The notes below the pieces were generated by a model, which saw only the letters and a program-made list of their open reading frames with translations, was not told where the DNA came from and searched no databases. Shown one piece after another: positions 1 to 15,965 of a DNA stretch of 64,000 nt; within the stretch, counting starts at the first letter, position 1, and each line of letters opens with the position of its first letter. The DNA comes from Paraspadella gotoi (Eukaryota; Animalia; Chaetognatha). Both the position numbers and the translations under genes were made by a program. Location: assembly GCA_051294375.1 (NCBI GenBank), contig CM119266.1:14550755-14614754 (forward strand), in the 5' to 3' direction.

Positions 1-711
1 AGTTCCATCAAACGGAAACGACCGTTGACGTGTCGGCGATATTTCATCCACAGGCAAAGACTTCACCGAAGACCTTTGAGGAGTCTTTTGCTTACGCGCT
101 TCATAGGAAGGAAGGGGTAAAGGGGATCGTTGAGTTCAATACTTAAGTCAATTTGAAAAACAACATTGCTTCTTTTCGTCCGTTTGTTTTTCTTGAACGT
201 TGCTCGAAGCGCCACATTCGTCTTCCTCGAATTTTCTCTCACCTTTGACACCACCGTTGAGAACGGAGCCCGTTTTCTGCCCGTAATTGGATTGCGGATA
301 GTCTTCGCTTATCTGGGTGGGAGAGTTAAGAAAGTCGTTGATTTGTTGTTAGGAAGGAGCGGAAAGAAAGAGAAGGGGCGGGAAAAATACTAGAAAGCAG
401 TTCCAAATCCTAATGTAATGATGGGATGATGGAAAAATGTAAGCGCTTCACCCCTTCCTCGATACCTCTTTTTCTCTATTCCAGCCTCTATTCTCAACTT
501 AATTCTCTCTCGCTCTCTATCACTTTCATTTGTTTTCATTAAGAATCTCCGTCGCCTAACGGAAAAAAGTATACCCGCCGGAAATGATTTCGATCCTTAC
601 ATTTGATTCTGGCGGAAAGTGGTTTTTGGCTTCGGCGGCCGTTCCTCTGTCCTCATCGATGACCAGCGACGGTGGGGGCGTGGTGGGAAGATCGCCGCTC
701 GCCTCCGCGAA
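1..711 (-). CDS. Three probable internal exons (711-601, 312-243, 98-<1) of an unidentified low-complexity protein
   Basis: AG/GT-flanked GC-richer blocks join in phase (0, 1): FAEASGDLPTTPPPSLVIDEDRG...PPESN|ISEDYPQ...NGGVK|ARKQKTPQRSSVKSLPVDEISPTRQRSFPFDGT; no family recognised. Confidence 0.4.
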
Positions 712-3700
712 CTGGAGGTTGTGATAAGTAAAGTAAAGAAATTAATGATGGTATAAGCCAATGATAAATGGTAAGTTATTGGTCTTTAAAATCCTGTTCG
801 TTTGTTGGCAGGTGTGGCTTTTTAATTTTTTTATAAACCGGTTCGCGGAAGGTTTCAACAAAAGATGATAATTATTAATGCACTCATCTGTACAGACTGT
901 AGTTGCTTGAATTTTATCCGGCTTCCAATGATAAAATATTGGAAAGTTCGATGAACCAATTTCATAATTTTATCAAATTACCTCTTCTGTCCCAGAATGT
1001 TTTCCTACGCTCTTCTCGCAACTGTTGCAATTTTCATCTTGAGCAGTTGTCGCTGAGGAGAAAAGAAATGTTATTGATCAATACATATGACCTTACATAT
1101 GAAATTGGTACAACCAATATAAAAATTATCTTGCCCCTGACTTTGGACAAGCTTTGGTGGTTTAAGGCCTCCATCACTCTTAGAAGATAATGCACAGCAG
1201 GTCCCTGCAAGCTTTCAATCAAAACTCTCTCACAGTCCTTTTAATCACTCCCAGGGTACGTGTTACAGTAAAGTTTTTTTGGTTGTTTTTTTTTTTCTGA
1301 AAGAAAACGGCAAACAAATAATTGCGGGAATGGTTGCAAAAAATCAAGTTAGTAAAGATGCTAAAAACAATCAGAAGCTTTATACTCTTATAGCCATAGC
1401 TTTCCTTATATTTAAGTCGTGAAAAAATCGTATAAAGAATACTATTCAATAGTATAGTATTTAATATTTGCTATTCCCTTGCTTGGTGATGAATTTCGTG
1501 TTTAATATCTTTATGAATGACAAACATTGTCTATTGTCGAACATTCTCGTAAAGAACGTTAATTGTTTGAAAAAACTCATAAAGATGCCTTGACGATCGT
1601 TTGGCGAGAGGAGAAACTGGTTTCTCGTATCCCACAACCACATCTCCCAGAGTTTCGTCGTTTCGAAAAGTATTTATCAGAGGGCGACGCCTTTCTTCTA
1701 AGTTCTCGCCCTCGCATTTAATTATCATTTTACACTTCTCTTTATGTTCTCTCTTTCTTTTCCTATCTTTCAAAAGCCGTAAATCAGGACCGATGTTTAA
1801 CCAGTCCGGTGACTTAAAAAAAAACCGAATAACGGGCATCTTTTCCTTGGAATGAATGAGGTTAATAAATAATTTCACGTTTGAAATAAGAAGCTTATAA
1901 ATTCTGTCATCCATGCCGAATTGATCGCGGGGCGTTTTTTTGCGATTTTCTCAGCTTGTCTCGTTCTTTCTTCTATTTTGACTTTTATACGTGCCTTGTG
2001 GCGGCAATATTTTTTCGAACGAAGGGGGGAGAAAAAATTCGATCTGGATGGAGTATGCATAAAGACTCTAAAAAACTGATGGGTTAAATCGAGAAGAGGG
2101 AAGAGGAACTCGTTTCGCGAAGGAAATGGAAGAGAAACGAGAGAAGAGGAAAGGGAATCAGGTTCGATCCTTTTATTTAAAGAAGGCGGAGAGTAAGGGG
2201 GAAAAAAAAAAGTTTATAATAATAAAATAAAGGATGTGCTCACGAATTTATTAAACAAGAAAGATGAATCAGATTTATTTTTCTTTCTCTTGGAAATTTA
2301 TCAGTTGTAACGTAAAACCGCTTCTTTCTTTGCCTAGCTCGCTCACGAATGGAATATTATTAAAGTAAAAGAAAGACTTTATGATCGAGATGAAATATAT
2401 TTTACTTATGCCTTTGAATGCTAAATAAGATGTATAAATGTCAACTGGATTTTGCGTACTTTATTTTCTTAGATTTTGTTTTAGTTCGTTCGTAATTTTT
2501 TAACTTGCCAGTAGTCAACTCTGCCGCTTTTCTGATGAGATGCTAAATCCAAGATCTTTAAAGCAAACAATTATTGATGCAAGAAATACTAAGAAGGGAT
2601 CGTTCTTCCTTTTCGCCGACACTTCTCTCTTTCTTTCTTTTTTTTTTCTCCTCTTGTGATGTAATTTCCTAAGCATCTTCGATCGCGGGAAAAGGGATCG
2701 CCGCGCGAGTCCAGACCCGGCGTCGCCGCGTTCGGATGCGGCTCGTCCTCCAGCTGCTGCTCTTCGCGGTCGGACGCCCTTTGCGTCGGTGAAGGGTGCC
2801 ACGTCAATCCCTGTCAATCCACCTCGCCTTTCCGCGGCCGTCACTGTTCGATGGAGTATATTTAGTCGCTGTCGTCATCGAGCCTCCGACTGATGGAAGG
2901 TAAGGACTTAGAAATCTCAAGGTGAGGACTCCTCAATCTCGTCATCCTTCCCCGTTATTTTTTTTTCTCTGTGGACCAGGAAGATTAAAATCTCGCACGT
3001 GGAAACGAACCAGGTCAGTTTGCCAAAAGTTTTTTTTTTTAAGGGAGATTGAAAGATGAGGACGTAGGCGGAGCGATGAGGAAATCAAATTCTAAATTAA
3101 AATGACCAGCGAAGCATGAATGTTATATTGGTGACTCCTTTTTCCTATTCTCAATTTCGATTTGAATGACGTCTTCGATCCTCATTCCATTCTGCATATT
3201 CGGGGAACCTCGTCAGTCCTGAAGAATCGAAGCGTTTAACTCATCGATAAGATTTGGGTCTCAATGACTCCTCCCAGTCCCAACCGAATGTGTATCCGGT
3301 TTCCAGGAGTTACCTTGTTTAGAGATTCTCTCCTTTTGTTTTTGTTTAGGAATCATTATCCCTCTCTTGTCTCGTACACTCTCGATTCGGATTAATATTT
3401 GTAAGACGAAATGACGAAAAGACGGAGACCCATTTTCTGCTCAGCTGCCGGGCGAACGACTGTGACGTATTGGAAAGGATTTCTTATTGTAGCCGACTTG
3501 GAATTTAATGAAAAAAAAAACGAAGAAAGAGAAAGAGAAGAGAAATAATTGAGGAAAAGAGGGCGAGAAAACGGTAAAAGAAAAGACATCGACCTGAAGA
3601 TGCGAAGAAACGAAAGGTAGGCGGAGAGAACTGGTGGGACTTACGACAAAAAAAAGCGAATCGATGATAAAGACGCCCAGTATGATGATGATGATAATAA

Positions 3701-6700
3701 AGATGATGATGATGATAAAGAGGGAAAAAGACACCGATGATGAAGACGATGACGACAGAATTAGGCAGAAAAAAAGGAGAAAGAAAGAGAGAGAGAGAAA
3801 AAAAGAAATAAGGAAGAGGGTTGAAAACATATTATTCAAATGAGACTTTGGAAACAAAGGCCCGCCATCCTCTGCGAGGTAAAGATATCAGATGCAAACA
3901 AAAAAATAAGCCTTCTCTCGCTCCCTCGCAAAGGCAGGTACCGAAGGAATTGAGACGGCGAGGCCGCGGATACGATCGTCTTAGAGCTTTTTAAATACCT
4001 TAAATATCCTCTCGACATGAGAACGGCGAATAGAAATGTCGTTGTGTTATATAGTATTGCATGAAGTTTCATCTTGTTCGCGTAATATATAACAAAATTG
4101 TGAATGAGAATACTCAGATCACATATACTTTCACACTTTTACTTCATATTATTTAAAAGTATTAGAAGCCCTTATCGTGGTTAGTTCACCTGGCCGCCAA
4201 AAAAAAAAAAAAAAAAAAATCCCCTGCATCTTTTTCCTAGACTACCTGAAACTCTCAAGTCGCGGATTCGTTAGATACTCTTTCGCCGATAAAGAAAAAA
4301 AGAAATAAAAGAAATACTGAAATAATACATAAGTGGCTTAGTTTTTTTAGAATTAAAACAAGTTAGTAAGAATAAGAATATGAGTGTGTGTGAAAAAGGA
4401 GAGAGAGAGAGAGAGAGAAACACATTTTCTGAGAATTATTGGTTGTCTTCTGATTCTTTGCCGTTTTGAAATCTACTCGACTCGCCAACGCAAGGAGGTA
4501 AACAAAGGACGAGGGTAACCGGGGAACCATCCGTCAGCGATCTTGTCGTTCTTGTCGCGCGTTCAGTTAATTAATACGGGTCAGCTTCATCCATCCCCTT
4601 AACGACCGGGCCGTGACGTGTACGGTCAGCTAATGATTCCGTGAAAAGGAACCGTGTTTTTATTTTTTTCGGGGGAACGGGTCTCGTTGTACCGAGAGTA
4701 AAGCCCCCCCTCTCGGGAGGACAAATCCAATATCGAGGCTTTACCTGGAAATTCTCGCCTCTTTTGACGTTTTGACACGAGAGGCAAAGCGAAAATGCGA
4801 TTCCCTTTTGTTGTTCTTTTTTGTTTGTCCAAAAAGAATCATGGAGAATTTTCTCGCGATCCTTGGGAATAAATAAATCCCGGTGGACTTTGCTTCTGAC
4901 ATCGATCTCGCCTTACCCCCGACCCTCTCCCCCAGTGGGTCCAATACCCTCTCATTCACCAACCCTATTCTTTCAAGTGAAACGTGCGCCTTTCTACTTG
5001 GGTACAACGACAACAACTTTTGCCACCACTTCTTCTACAATTTACTTGCTCATGCAAAATTACAGCCTTATTTTTCCTCTCTTTTACGATTAATTAAACC
5101 CTTTTCAAAATCCTCACAATTTTTTTTTAACCATTAGTATATAGTCCCTATTTCTATTTTTTTTTAATATCTCCATTCAGTTTTCGCCCCCACCTCCCTT
5201 TTATTTTCCTTATTCCCCTCTCCTCCCCTCTACTCATCCCCCGAACTCTTCGGAAATTCTATCTCATCAAAAATTCATTTTCTTCTACTTAGCGATTTCT
5301 TTTCTCGGCGCGTCTCCAGAGAAACGGAAGAAGCCGCCGCCATCTCCGCCACGCCTAAGCCGCAGTCAACGCCGTCTCCGCCGCCACTACCGCCGCCTTC
5401 TTCGCCACTCCTGCCGTCGCCTCCCCTCTATCTTTCCCCATAACCACGGCCGCAGCTGGAGCGCGAAGTTTCGCCTTTCGTCGCTCGAATCTCGACTTCC
5501 GGTTTGCGTCGCGAAGGCGGCGACGGCGGTGATGCCGGCGGCGGAGGAAGACTCCGCGTTGTTTACAGTTAAACCGTTTCTTGTCATTTTACGAGAAAAT
5601 AATCGTCTCAAAACGTCGCAATAGTCGTCGTCGTCGTCGTCGTTCTCATAGTCATCGACGTCAACCACCAACAAGACGACACTGACAAGAAGAACTGAAT
5701 TTAAAAAAGAAGCATCCGTTTTTTTTTCTTCGCCACGTAGCCAGACGCGTTTGCGCACGGACGGCGCCGTCGGGGCCGACGAAAGACACTTTAGGACATA
5801 GCGCCGCTAACCGACGTCTGACGCTGGTTTCTTGAAGTCGCTTTCGCGGTTGCGAAGATATTTGACAAGAATACGTCAGATAAGTCGCAGAACAGCGGTT
5901 TCGCGGCGTGGGAAAATCGAAACCATCAATTGAAGTCAAATGGAATACTTGAGGATAATTCAGAGCCCGTCAACGATTCTGATACACTTAAGTTTGTGTC
6001 AAAATTATTTTAATCAATTCAAGATTAAAATGAAAGAAAAAAAATCCTAAACTTGAGAAACCGAGATGATTTGCCTTTTAATTTTTTTTTTCCTTTCTGT
6101 CAAATTCATTCTTTTCTCTGTGTTTCTCTCTCTCTCTGCCTCTCTAGGTTCAGAATTATAATAATTATAACAATTCGGATTTCTCCTTTTTTTCCCTCTG
6201 TGGCTGCCACATGAATTTATATCGAGCGATGCTCTTTTGTTTCTGAACAATTTTTCATCTCTTTGAACAAGAAATAAGCATCTCGATGCCAAGGAAACGA
6301 TTCAAAGGTCGTTCCAAAAGTTTGGACCAAGTCCTCTCTCTTTTTTCTATTCATAAAAAATGAAGGGATTGATATTTTGAGAATCTTGGAAGACAAATTA
6401 GTAGAAAGCAAAATATTTTTTTTTATATTGTTTTAGTCGCGTTGCGTTTACACCGAATGGGAAGTGGTTTTACATTTTTAGTTTGGAAAGAGTAATTTGT
6501 ATCTATCCAATGAGACAACAATTTCTTTTGGCTTTTTCAACTATCCTCTCGCAAGATCTTTCACAAATGTAACGTTTTTCCTTTTCACAACCATCACAGA
6601 ATTTCGAGTTTCCGACTTATTACCGAAAAATATCCCCTCGAATCGATTGCGGCTAAGTGATGCCCGACAACGACGACAACGACGATGACGACGACGGCGG

Positions 6701-6828
6701 CGAAGGCGGCGAAAGCGACGAGATTCGAGCGTAACTTTGTGTGGGTTCGGCCAAACATGATGGTTTACCGCATCTGATAACAGAGTTTTATTTATCATTT
6801 CAATTCCCCCATTACGAGAGATTGAAGG

Positions 6829-6948
<120 letters not shown>

Positions 6949-7372
6949 TGAAACAGGATTAGTACGACCAACCATCATGTTCGAGAGAGAGATAACCTTT
7001 ATTTACAAATTCGTTGGTGATGATGATTTAAGAGCACGCCTTTTTTTTATTTTGGAACTGGTCGCCGACGACTACTACGACGACGTCGATGTTACAAAAT
7101 TTCTATTGACAAAATGATTTCGTGAAAATAGAATACAAAATAAACCATTTCGGCTAAATGAGTCGCCTTGAATTTCAAAAATTCTTTTCTTACGAAAATG
7201 AGTCAAAAATAAAAAGTGACTCGTTCAACCTGTCGCGTTTTAAATTTAATCTTTCCGAACCAAATTGCTTCTTGATTGAGTCATTAGCGGTTAAATGGAA
7301 AAGATATATTGCGACAAAAAAAAAGTGATGTGGCTTTTCTTCCTTTGGAATCCTTCACTATTTCTACCCTTG

Positions 7373-7425
<53 letters not shown>

Positions 7426-7611
7426 CTCCCTCTCTCTCTCTCTCAGCTTTTTCACTTCAAACGCAGAGTTTTTTTTCATTCTTCTTCCGGGACCGCGCTG
7501 TTAATTGCGCGTTAATTATAGAAGATGCTTCAAACTTCAGATCTGGTACCAGTATAACAGGAAAAACTAGAGGCTCCGAGAGATTAGTCGCCGCTATTTT
7601 TTTAAGTCAAA

Positions 7612-7681
<70 letters not shown>

Positions 7682-10137
7682 GAGGAAGAGAGAGAGAGAG
7701 AGAGAGAGAGAATAAGGATGTATTTATCTTTGTCTCCCGCGCGCACTGGCTTCGTCGTAAGATGAAATTCAAAAAAGCCAGTTTTTCGAAAAACTGGAAT
7801 CTTGTCCCGACGACGACGATGACGACGACGACAAAGACGACGACGCCCACGAGAACGACGATGACGAAGATTGTAACGATTTTAAAGTTTGCGTTCCGCC
7901 CATCGTTTTCCATGCGAGAGATGGGAGGAGGAAAAAACAATTATGATTTTTCCGATATTCTTGCGAGGGATAATATTTTTTTCTTGTATTTTAATGGGGT
8001 TCGTAACTCGAAACCGCGGAAACAGTAGAAGAGAAATAAATGGTTTCTTTTTTAAGAGAGAGAAAGAAACCCAGTTAGTTTTATCGTTAACTGATAAAAT
8101 GATAAGTTGTTCAAGACTGACCCTGTCGTTTTAAAGTATCACGCCGAAAGAAAAAAATTCAGAAATTCAATACAGCTAATCAAGTATGGACAAACCGCAG
8201 AACTTTTAATAGTGACGAAAAGTGATACAAACGACTTACCTTTGTACAACGGCTTCGGGTGTGCCTGTTTTCTCCTGGACATTTTCTTGAAGGTTCCGCT
8301 TCCAACTTTCAAGCGGAATGTTCTTTTGAATTTTGTTTTGTTGAGTTTTTATTTGAATGATTTCTTAGAATTTTTCTCAAACTTGAAACATGCGATTGGA
8401 TATATGTATCTAAAAGGAATTGATGTTGCGTTTTCACGTTAGATTATTAGTTATCAAAAAAATCATTGAAGAAGAACAATGATTGTAGGATGAATTGATT
8501 TGATTTTCCCCCAAAAAAACATGATAGCGAAAAAACTGAGAAATGACAAAAGATAGTAGCGGGGTTGCTCACAGTCACTTAAAAAGAAAAGAACCGGGAA
8601 AATCATGACTGAAATCACGGTGACAAACAAAACGATGACAAAGAGAAAAAAGTGAAATCACAAAAAAAAAAAAAAAAAAAGACGAGGGAAATGACAAAAT
8701 GAGTGACGCGAACCAGCATGATGATAAATAACGGTGACCGCGGAAATGATGAAGCCGAATTTCCCGATCAACAAAAGGACCTTTCTCGTGATGACAGAAT
8801 CGAACCGAAAATAAAAAGAGGAAGACGCCTTTTCCACGACGACGACGATGACGACTGCGGCGGCGACCAAAGCCGTCAACGGCCTCGACTCGGTTAACGA
8901 TGCCACCTTCCCGAAGTGGGCGGGGGCGACGGAGATAACGATGATGACAATAACGACGACGACGACGAGATGACGACGACGACGACGAGATGACGATGAA
9001 AACTCGGATAAGGCGTCGAACGACGAAGAATCTTTACGACACAACCTCATTTTCACCTTCGTAAAAATGGCGGAGATAAGAATTATGATGTTTGCGTTGT
9101 CGACGATGGAGACGACGATGACGGCGATGACAACGATGACGACGATGACGGCGTACAGATGGGAGACGAAGGCGATCGGATGACGACGACAAAAGGAATA
9201 AAAGGTAAAAAGCAAACAGATTGGAAAAAAAAGAAAGAATTGAATGGTCGAAGGAGGGTAAGTTGTAGCAATTGCCAATATTAGGGGGAACTGATAATTA
9301 AAATATGTCGACGAGAAGTTTAATTTGGTCATTAAAAGTTCCTATTTAACGAAGGTGGAGAGTTTCGAGATCGAGGATTCGATAACGTGAAAATGGGAAG
9401 AAGAAAAATCAAAAAAAAAAAAAAAAAAAAAACTAATTTCGTCGAAGAAAACAATGTCTCATTTTTGCGATTGAAACAGAAATTGCGGCAAACAGGTAAG
9501 TTGCGTCTCGAGAAAAAAAAAAGAAGATTCGTCGAACGAAATTTTTGAAGACCCAACCCGTACCGTCCCTCCCAATTCTCAGAAATTCTCAAAAATGATA
9601 AATGAGCAATTAGTAAATAATTACATAGATACAATAATGGGCGATTCATCTGGGAAAGAAGCGAAAAATGACAAAATCGTTCCGTCGCCCCCAGGCCCGC
9701 GATTATTTATCCTTTCTTTTTTTAAAAAATTCTTTTCCCCCCTTCGCTTCTGAGAACCGCAGGTTTGACTGGAAGCCACCGCGATGTGACGATCGCGACG
9801 ACGACGACGACAACGAAGAGGATGACGACGACGATCGCGAAGACGACGACGATGTCGATGGAAAAATAAAAAGCGATCGAAAAATAAAAACGACTTCATT
9901 CTGGTTCGAGTCTTCGAATCGCGATTCAATTCGCCCTTCCTAGTCTCTCTGTCTCTGCTATTGGAAGGGCGGGTAAGGGCAAAATGGGCTGATGCTCAGC
10001 CGCTGAGAATTAAATGATGTAATTCTATCCCTTTCACCGTGTAGTTTTATCTGTGAGCTCGATTTTACTTTTTTATTTATTTACATTTATTTTGTCAGTT
10101 ACAATGTCAATGTATCATTGCGACTCTTCGATTGCAG

Positions 10138-10192
<55 letters not shown>

Positions 10193-11361
10193 AAGATTGA
10201 TTATGTCTGAAGATGCCGGATAGTTCAAAAAGAGAGAATTTATATTCTCTAGTCCGATGGAACTGGCCTTTCTTGTTAAAGACTAACAAAGGATCTATTT
10301 GATATTCAACGATTTTTTTTGTAATTTAGAACATATTTTTCCTATGCAAATGTCAGTGATTGATAACTTCTGTCTTTTCCTTCTTAAGATTCTAAATCTA
10401 AGTGACTTCAGCGTCGTAAAAGTTGTAACAAAGATGTCAGGATTTTAAAAATTCTGTTAGTAGCGATAAGTCGTTCTGTGACGGAACACCGGTCGGCGAC
10501 CAGTGATCAGCGATCGACTATATCGATCGTCGATCGAGGTCTTTTCCCCGACCTCGATCCCCGTGTTCCCCTCGATCCCCTCGATCCCCTCGATCCCCGC
10601 CCCATCCTCGTCCACCAAAGGCGCTAATTACTCTCGTTTATGCGAAGTCGAATACTTACCCGTCGAGTATTGGTGAGGCACGGATCCAAATGTTGTGACG
10701 TACGCGATGAAATTCAGACGAGAACGACAACGACAGCGGCTGATGTTTCTATCGCTGCAATGTTGTCGCCAGGTCCAGGGTTCGAGGCCGGCCCGTGCTC
10801 GAAACTGACTAACGTTTCCTGAATTCTCATTCTCTTTCTCTCATTATAAAATCCGAGCTTGTCCTCTCATGTCGTTAAATCTCGGTTTATAATAATTTCA
10901 AAATAAAGGAAAATCGGCGGGGAGTTGTCTCGCGCGAAACGTTATTTTCAAAAATCTCAGATTCTTTATTATCATTGACATCATCGTCGTCGTCGTTGTC
11001 ATCCAACAATCACGGACACCAGAGGCGATAATTCAAAGTGTTAAGCGTTAATTCGCCCCCATCTCGACTCGCCTATAAAATGGCGGTTTATCCTTGGAAG
11101 TCGGTGCTCCTGTTTTTTTCTTTTTAATTTTTTGTCATCGTCATTGTCGTCGTCATCGTCATATTTGTCAAGATGCTCCCGCGCGGTCCTTTATGTCGCT
11201 TTTGAAACCAGTCGCTCCTTTTCTCTTTCCAGTTTCCCCCGTTTTTCAGATCGAAGGAGTAAGTTCTTTTCTCGCGGGTAAGGCGAGGCCAGGCCGCCTG
11301 GGCGGGTGACACCCAAAAAATGTTCCGAGATAATCATCTCTCGTACCCAGTATGAGAGAGA

Positions 11362-11393
<32 letters not shown>

Positions 11394-11398
11394 AGAGA

Positions 11399-11438
<40 letters not shown>

Positions 11439-11880
11439 AAACAGTTACTCGTCTAGGAAAACAACTTTTTTGTCTTTTATGAGCTTTAATTATGCACGAA
11501 TAAACTGGATCTGGAAAAAATAGCGCAATCACGAAAGTGATGGAAGAAATGATTATTCCCTAAATATTTTTTTATTTGAATTTCGCTTTTATTTTGAATC
11601 CTATCTATCGATCAAATCCGACAGAATAAACCTAAATCTACTTTAAAAAGTAAAAAAAACCTGAAAATGTTTAAAAAAATTTCATTTCATTTTACAAGTA
11701 CTTTGAGTAAATCATGGGCTGACAATCATATTCTTCCTATTTTGAGGGCAATTCGACTCCCTGGGAGGCAACATACGGCGCAGTCTCCCTCTTAAAAACG
11801 AGGGTTTTACCTTAGCAACTTGACTCATTAAAATGTTGGACTCTGGAGCATCTTAATCTATATCAGCGACGACGACGACA

Positions 11881-11911
<31 letters not shown>

Positions 11912-12116
11912 AGGCCGTCCAGGTAAGATGAGAGGGTGAGAGAAGGACGAGGGAGAGTGAGAAAGGGGAGAGAGAGTAGAGAGAACAATTACTGGAATCT
12001 CCGTCCGAGACCTGACTCGGTTATGGACGCCTAATTCTTTTTCATCATCTGCGCCGAGAGGGCGTAGAAATCAGGGTAAGAAGGTTAGTAAACATTTGTT
12101 CCCTCTTTTTCACTTC

Positions 12117-12173
<57 letters not shown>

Positions 12174-12296
12174 GTCTCGCAGGTTGGGACTCAAGGGAGG
12201 GATGATGCAAATAAAGAAAAAAAAGTCAATCTTGTGTCTCGGAAAAACTTTACGATCGTCGTCGCGACCGGCGCGGCGTCTGAGGCGGCTGCGGCG

Positions 12297-12678
12297 NNNN
12301 NNNNNNNNNNNNNNNNNNNNNNNNNNNNNNNNNNNNNNNNNNNNNNNNNNNNNNNNNNNNNNNNNNNNNNNNNNNNNNNNNNNNNNNNNNNNNNNNNNNN
12401 NNNNNNNNNNNNNNNNNNNNNNNNNNNNNNNNNNNNNNNNNNNNNNNNNNNNNNNNNNNNNNNNNNNNNNNNNNNNNNNNNNNNNNNNNNNNNNNNNNNN
12501 NNNNNNNNNNNNNNNNNNNNNNNNNNNNNNNNNNNNNNNNNNNNNNNNNNNNNNNNNNNNNNNNNNNNNNNNNNNNNNNNNNNNNNNNNNNNNNNNNNNN
12601 NNNNNNNNNNNNNNNNNNNNNNNNNNNNNNNNNNNNNNNNNNNNNNNNNNNNNNNNNNNNNNNNNNNNNNNNNNNNNN
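12297..12678. other. Assembly gap (N run); other gaps at 39528-39537 and 58817-58841
   Basis: Runs of N. Confidence 0.99.
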
Positions 12679-14456
12679 TTGTGATTTGTAAGCTCTTCAT
12701 TTCTCCTCTGGGCTTTTGAAGTCTGCTTTTGACTTGATAACGATCTTGAATAGCATGTACTTTAAGCACAAATGAAAACGAGGTGACGTTTGTCCGCGAG
12801 GGCCTCCGATTCCAAACTTGATGTCCGTGTTGTTACCTCGAAAGAAAGAAACGCAAAAGATGATTATGAAATGGAGGTTAAATTTATATTGCTGTTATTG
12901 CGCTGATGATGATTAGTTGGCATGAAACTCTGAGCCAAGATATCTTATGTTGGAGGCGCAAGAAAAAAATGTATCGACTTTTTAAAAAATGTTTTCATAT
13001 AAAGTGGTTAAAAATCCGGCAAAGACCATATATTTAGACTGAAAATTAAATTTTTTGTATGATAAATTATTTTTTTTTTTCATTTCACTCTTCTAATGAT
13101 ATAATTTTTATAAAATGATTATAGCTACTTTTTTTTATCAATACTTATGATGAGGATTCCATCTGCACATTTAAAATGCTATGTTGAATAGCCCCACTTT
13201 CAATATTTTATGACTTCTTTAAGGATAGTTTTATATATAAATATAGCTTACAAAATTACAACAAAAAAAAATTAATGTTTTGTATAAATTAATGTTCGCT
13301 GGTGAGAGCATACTGAAGTTGCAACCATTAAAATAAACATAAAATTAGAAGAAAAAAAACACAACAAAATCAAAATGTCCGGAAAATTAAAAACAAATTT
13401 GTGTCAATTTCAAAACTGGTTTAGTGTCATGTAATATGAGGACACAGGACACGTACTTAATACTAATTGGTCGTCTCAGCTTCTTGCTCTTAATGGAAAA
13501 TCCTTTTGTCCGGCGGCGACGATGTTTCAGCCAAAACTCACTTCGTCATCGCGTCATTTCGAGGCGAACGCTTTCTCCGACGTGACGTCAACGGCCGCGG
13601 GCGAAATATCGAGAAATATGACTTGACACACAAAAATGATTTTAATTTCATATCGACACATCCACTTTCGTGTACTTTCCCACCTCTCTTTCGTATCGTG
13701 GCCTTTTGCCATTAATTATTCATCGAGCTCAAACGCTCGAAACGCGACGCGCAGAGCGATACCAGTTTTTTTATCTTTTGTTTTTTTATTGTCTCACTTT
13801 CGTCTTTGTTGTTATTGTTATTACTATTGTTGTTCCTGTTGTTGTGAGACTACTAATCGGGCTCACTGCCAGTTATTTCAACAGCTCATCGCACTACACG
13901 GGATAGCAAAGTATCGCATGACTCAGCGTCGCAATGCTGTTCACTGTTCACAGTTTTCTCAGTGTTAACAATGTTCGCCATCGTAGAACCCTAGCCACGA
14001 CCCAGCGTCGTATACAAGGACGTCGTCGTCGTCGTCGTCATCGTCGCCGCCAAAAAAACGACTATTGAGTCTTGAATATTTAAAATTTGCGTGGGCTTTT
14101 TTTTTTTTTTTTTTTTTTTTGAGCAGGAAAAAGATTTCACTCGCACACTCACCAACTTTGTCATCGTAAAGATTGTTGTTAAAATCTTCATATATACTAC
14201 TATACTATACTAACTCAAGTTTCGTCTTTCTCATTAAAATCAATTATAAACAAATCCCTCGAGTGCTTTTTTTTTTGTATTTCGTCATCATCGTGATCTT
14301 CGTCGTCGTTATCGTCGTTATCGTCGTCGTCGTCGTCGTCGTCGTCGTCGGGCGAAATATACATCACTGATAACCAGTCTCTCGGTTGACATCCTCTTTT
14401 TGATAAACAAGACACGGCCTTCTCTTCTCTCCGCCGGTGCCAAGGGTTCAAAGGGT

Positions 14457-14490
<34 letters not shown>

Positions 14491-15064
14491 TCAATTGGCG
14501 ACGATGAAGAGGTTTTTTTTTTTATCGATGCATCCTTTTTTTTTTTTTTTAAGGATCGATATCTTTAAATTTTGATGAAGGCTGCGACTTTGAACGAGAT
14601 GTCAATGACTAGGACGGCGACGACGATAACGACGACGATAAAAACTAGCCATAAAAACATTAATACGGACGCTTTAGTTAAAGACTTATCTATAATCGAG
14701 GGATATACCGCGGATATATCCCGAGCATTTTATAGTTATACCGATGTCAGCAGAGTCTTTCGAATAACTCCGCATAATCCCTTCCAAATAATGAGAAATA
14801 CCGAGGCGACTCTTCGGGCAGATGGAAACGACGAAGATGATGACGATGATGACGACGAAGATGATGAAAACGACGACGACGATTCGAGGGAGAGAATCAC
14901 ATGAACTCTGCGCGGAAGGAGTGTCGTGGAACGCTGATAAGCCACATCTATTAAAACTTCGATCGGCGATGATATTTGCTGTGCTTTCATCTGAGAATTT
15001 CGATATCCCAGTGCGGGGTTGGAAATAAAGAAGAGGGAGAGACAGAGAGAGAGAAGGAGAGGGG

Positions 15065-15105
<41 letters not shown>

Positions 15106-15195
15106 TTTTTTCCTAATCGCCTCGGCTTTCTTCATTTTATTTCCTTTCACATCCCCTTGATTTTTCTCTCTCTCTGTCTTCTCTTTTCTCTCTCT

Positions 15196-15257
<62 letters not shown>

Positions 15258-15885
15258 CTGCTCTCTTTTTCCCCTACTGGGAAACGGGAGCGGTAACTCT
15301 GCAGGTGAACTCGTAAAAATCTCCGAGATGAGAGAACAAATAGAAAAAAGGAGACCGCACCTTGTTAAGTTTTTCGTCTCTCCTCCTCCTTTTAAGATAT
15401 CCGAGTGTACGAGAATGGGGGGAGAGAGAGTACTGGAAACTCCTAAAAACCTTTTCTTTTTTTAATATTTGTTTAAACTTTTAGTTTTTTTAAGCGAAAA
15501 TTAAATAAGTGAAGAAGGTTTTATAAATTTAGTTACTTCATCTTCGTAACGAAAAAGAGGTAATTGTGCGATTCGAAGCTCATTACTTCGTCGTTAGAGA
15601 AAAGGAAATTCGCTAATGAGGTTTCGATGAAAACGAGAAACAAAAAAGCATCGACCCTCAAAAAAAATTGTGTCAACCGCAGGAGTTTCCGCGTCGCTCG
15701 CTTTTTGGTCGATTAGGCGATGCACCCAACACAATTAATAAATCCCTCCACGTAATTTATTTCAAGGTTTTTTATAAAATAAAATTCAATGAAGGGCACT
15801 GACTGAATAAAATTAAAATTCTGAGATAACACAAAAAACCGATCAAACATAAGAACAACCATCCTGTTTATTCCTTCACAAGGGG

Positions 15886-15965
<80 letters not shown>

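Noticed and set aside
10551-10598. CCTCGATCCC short repeats
   Set aside because: Simple minisatellite with no spacers; eukaryotic context, not CRISPR
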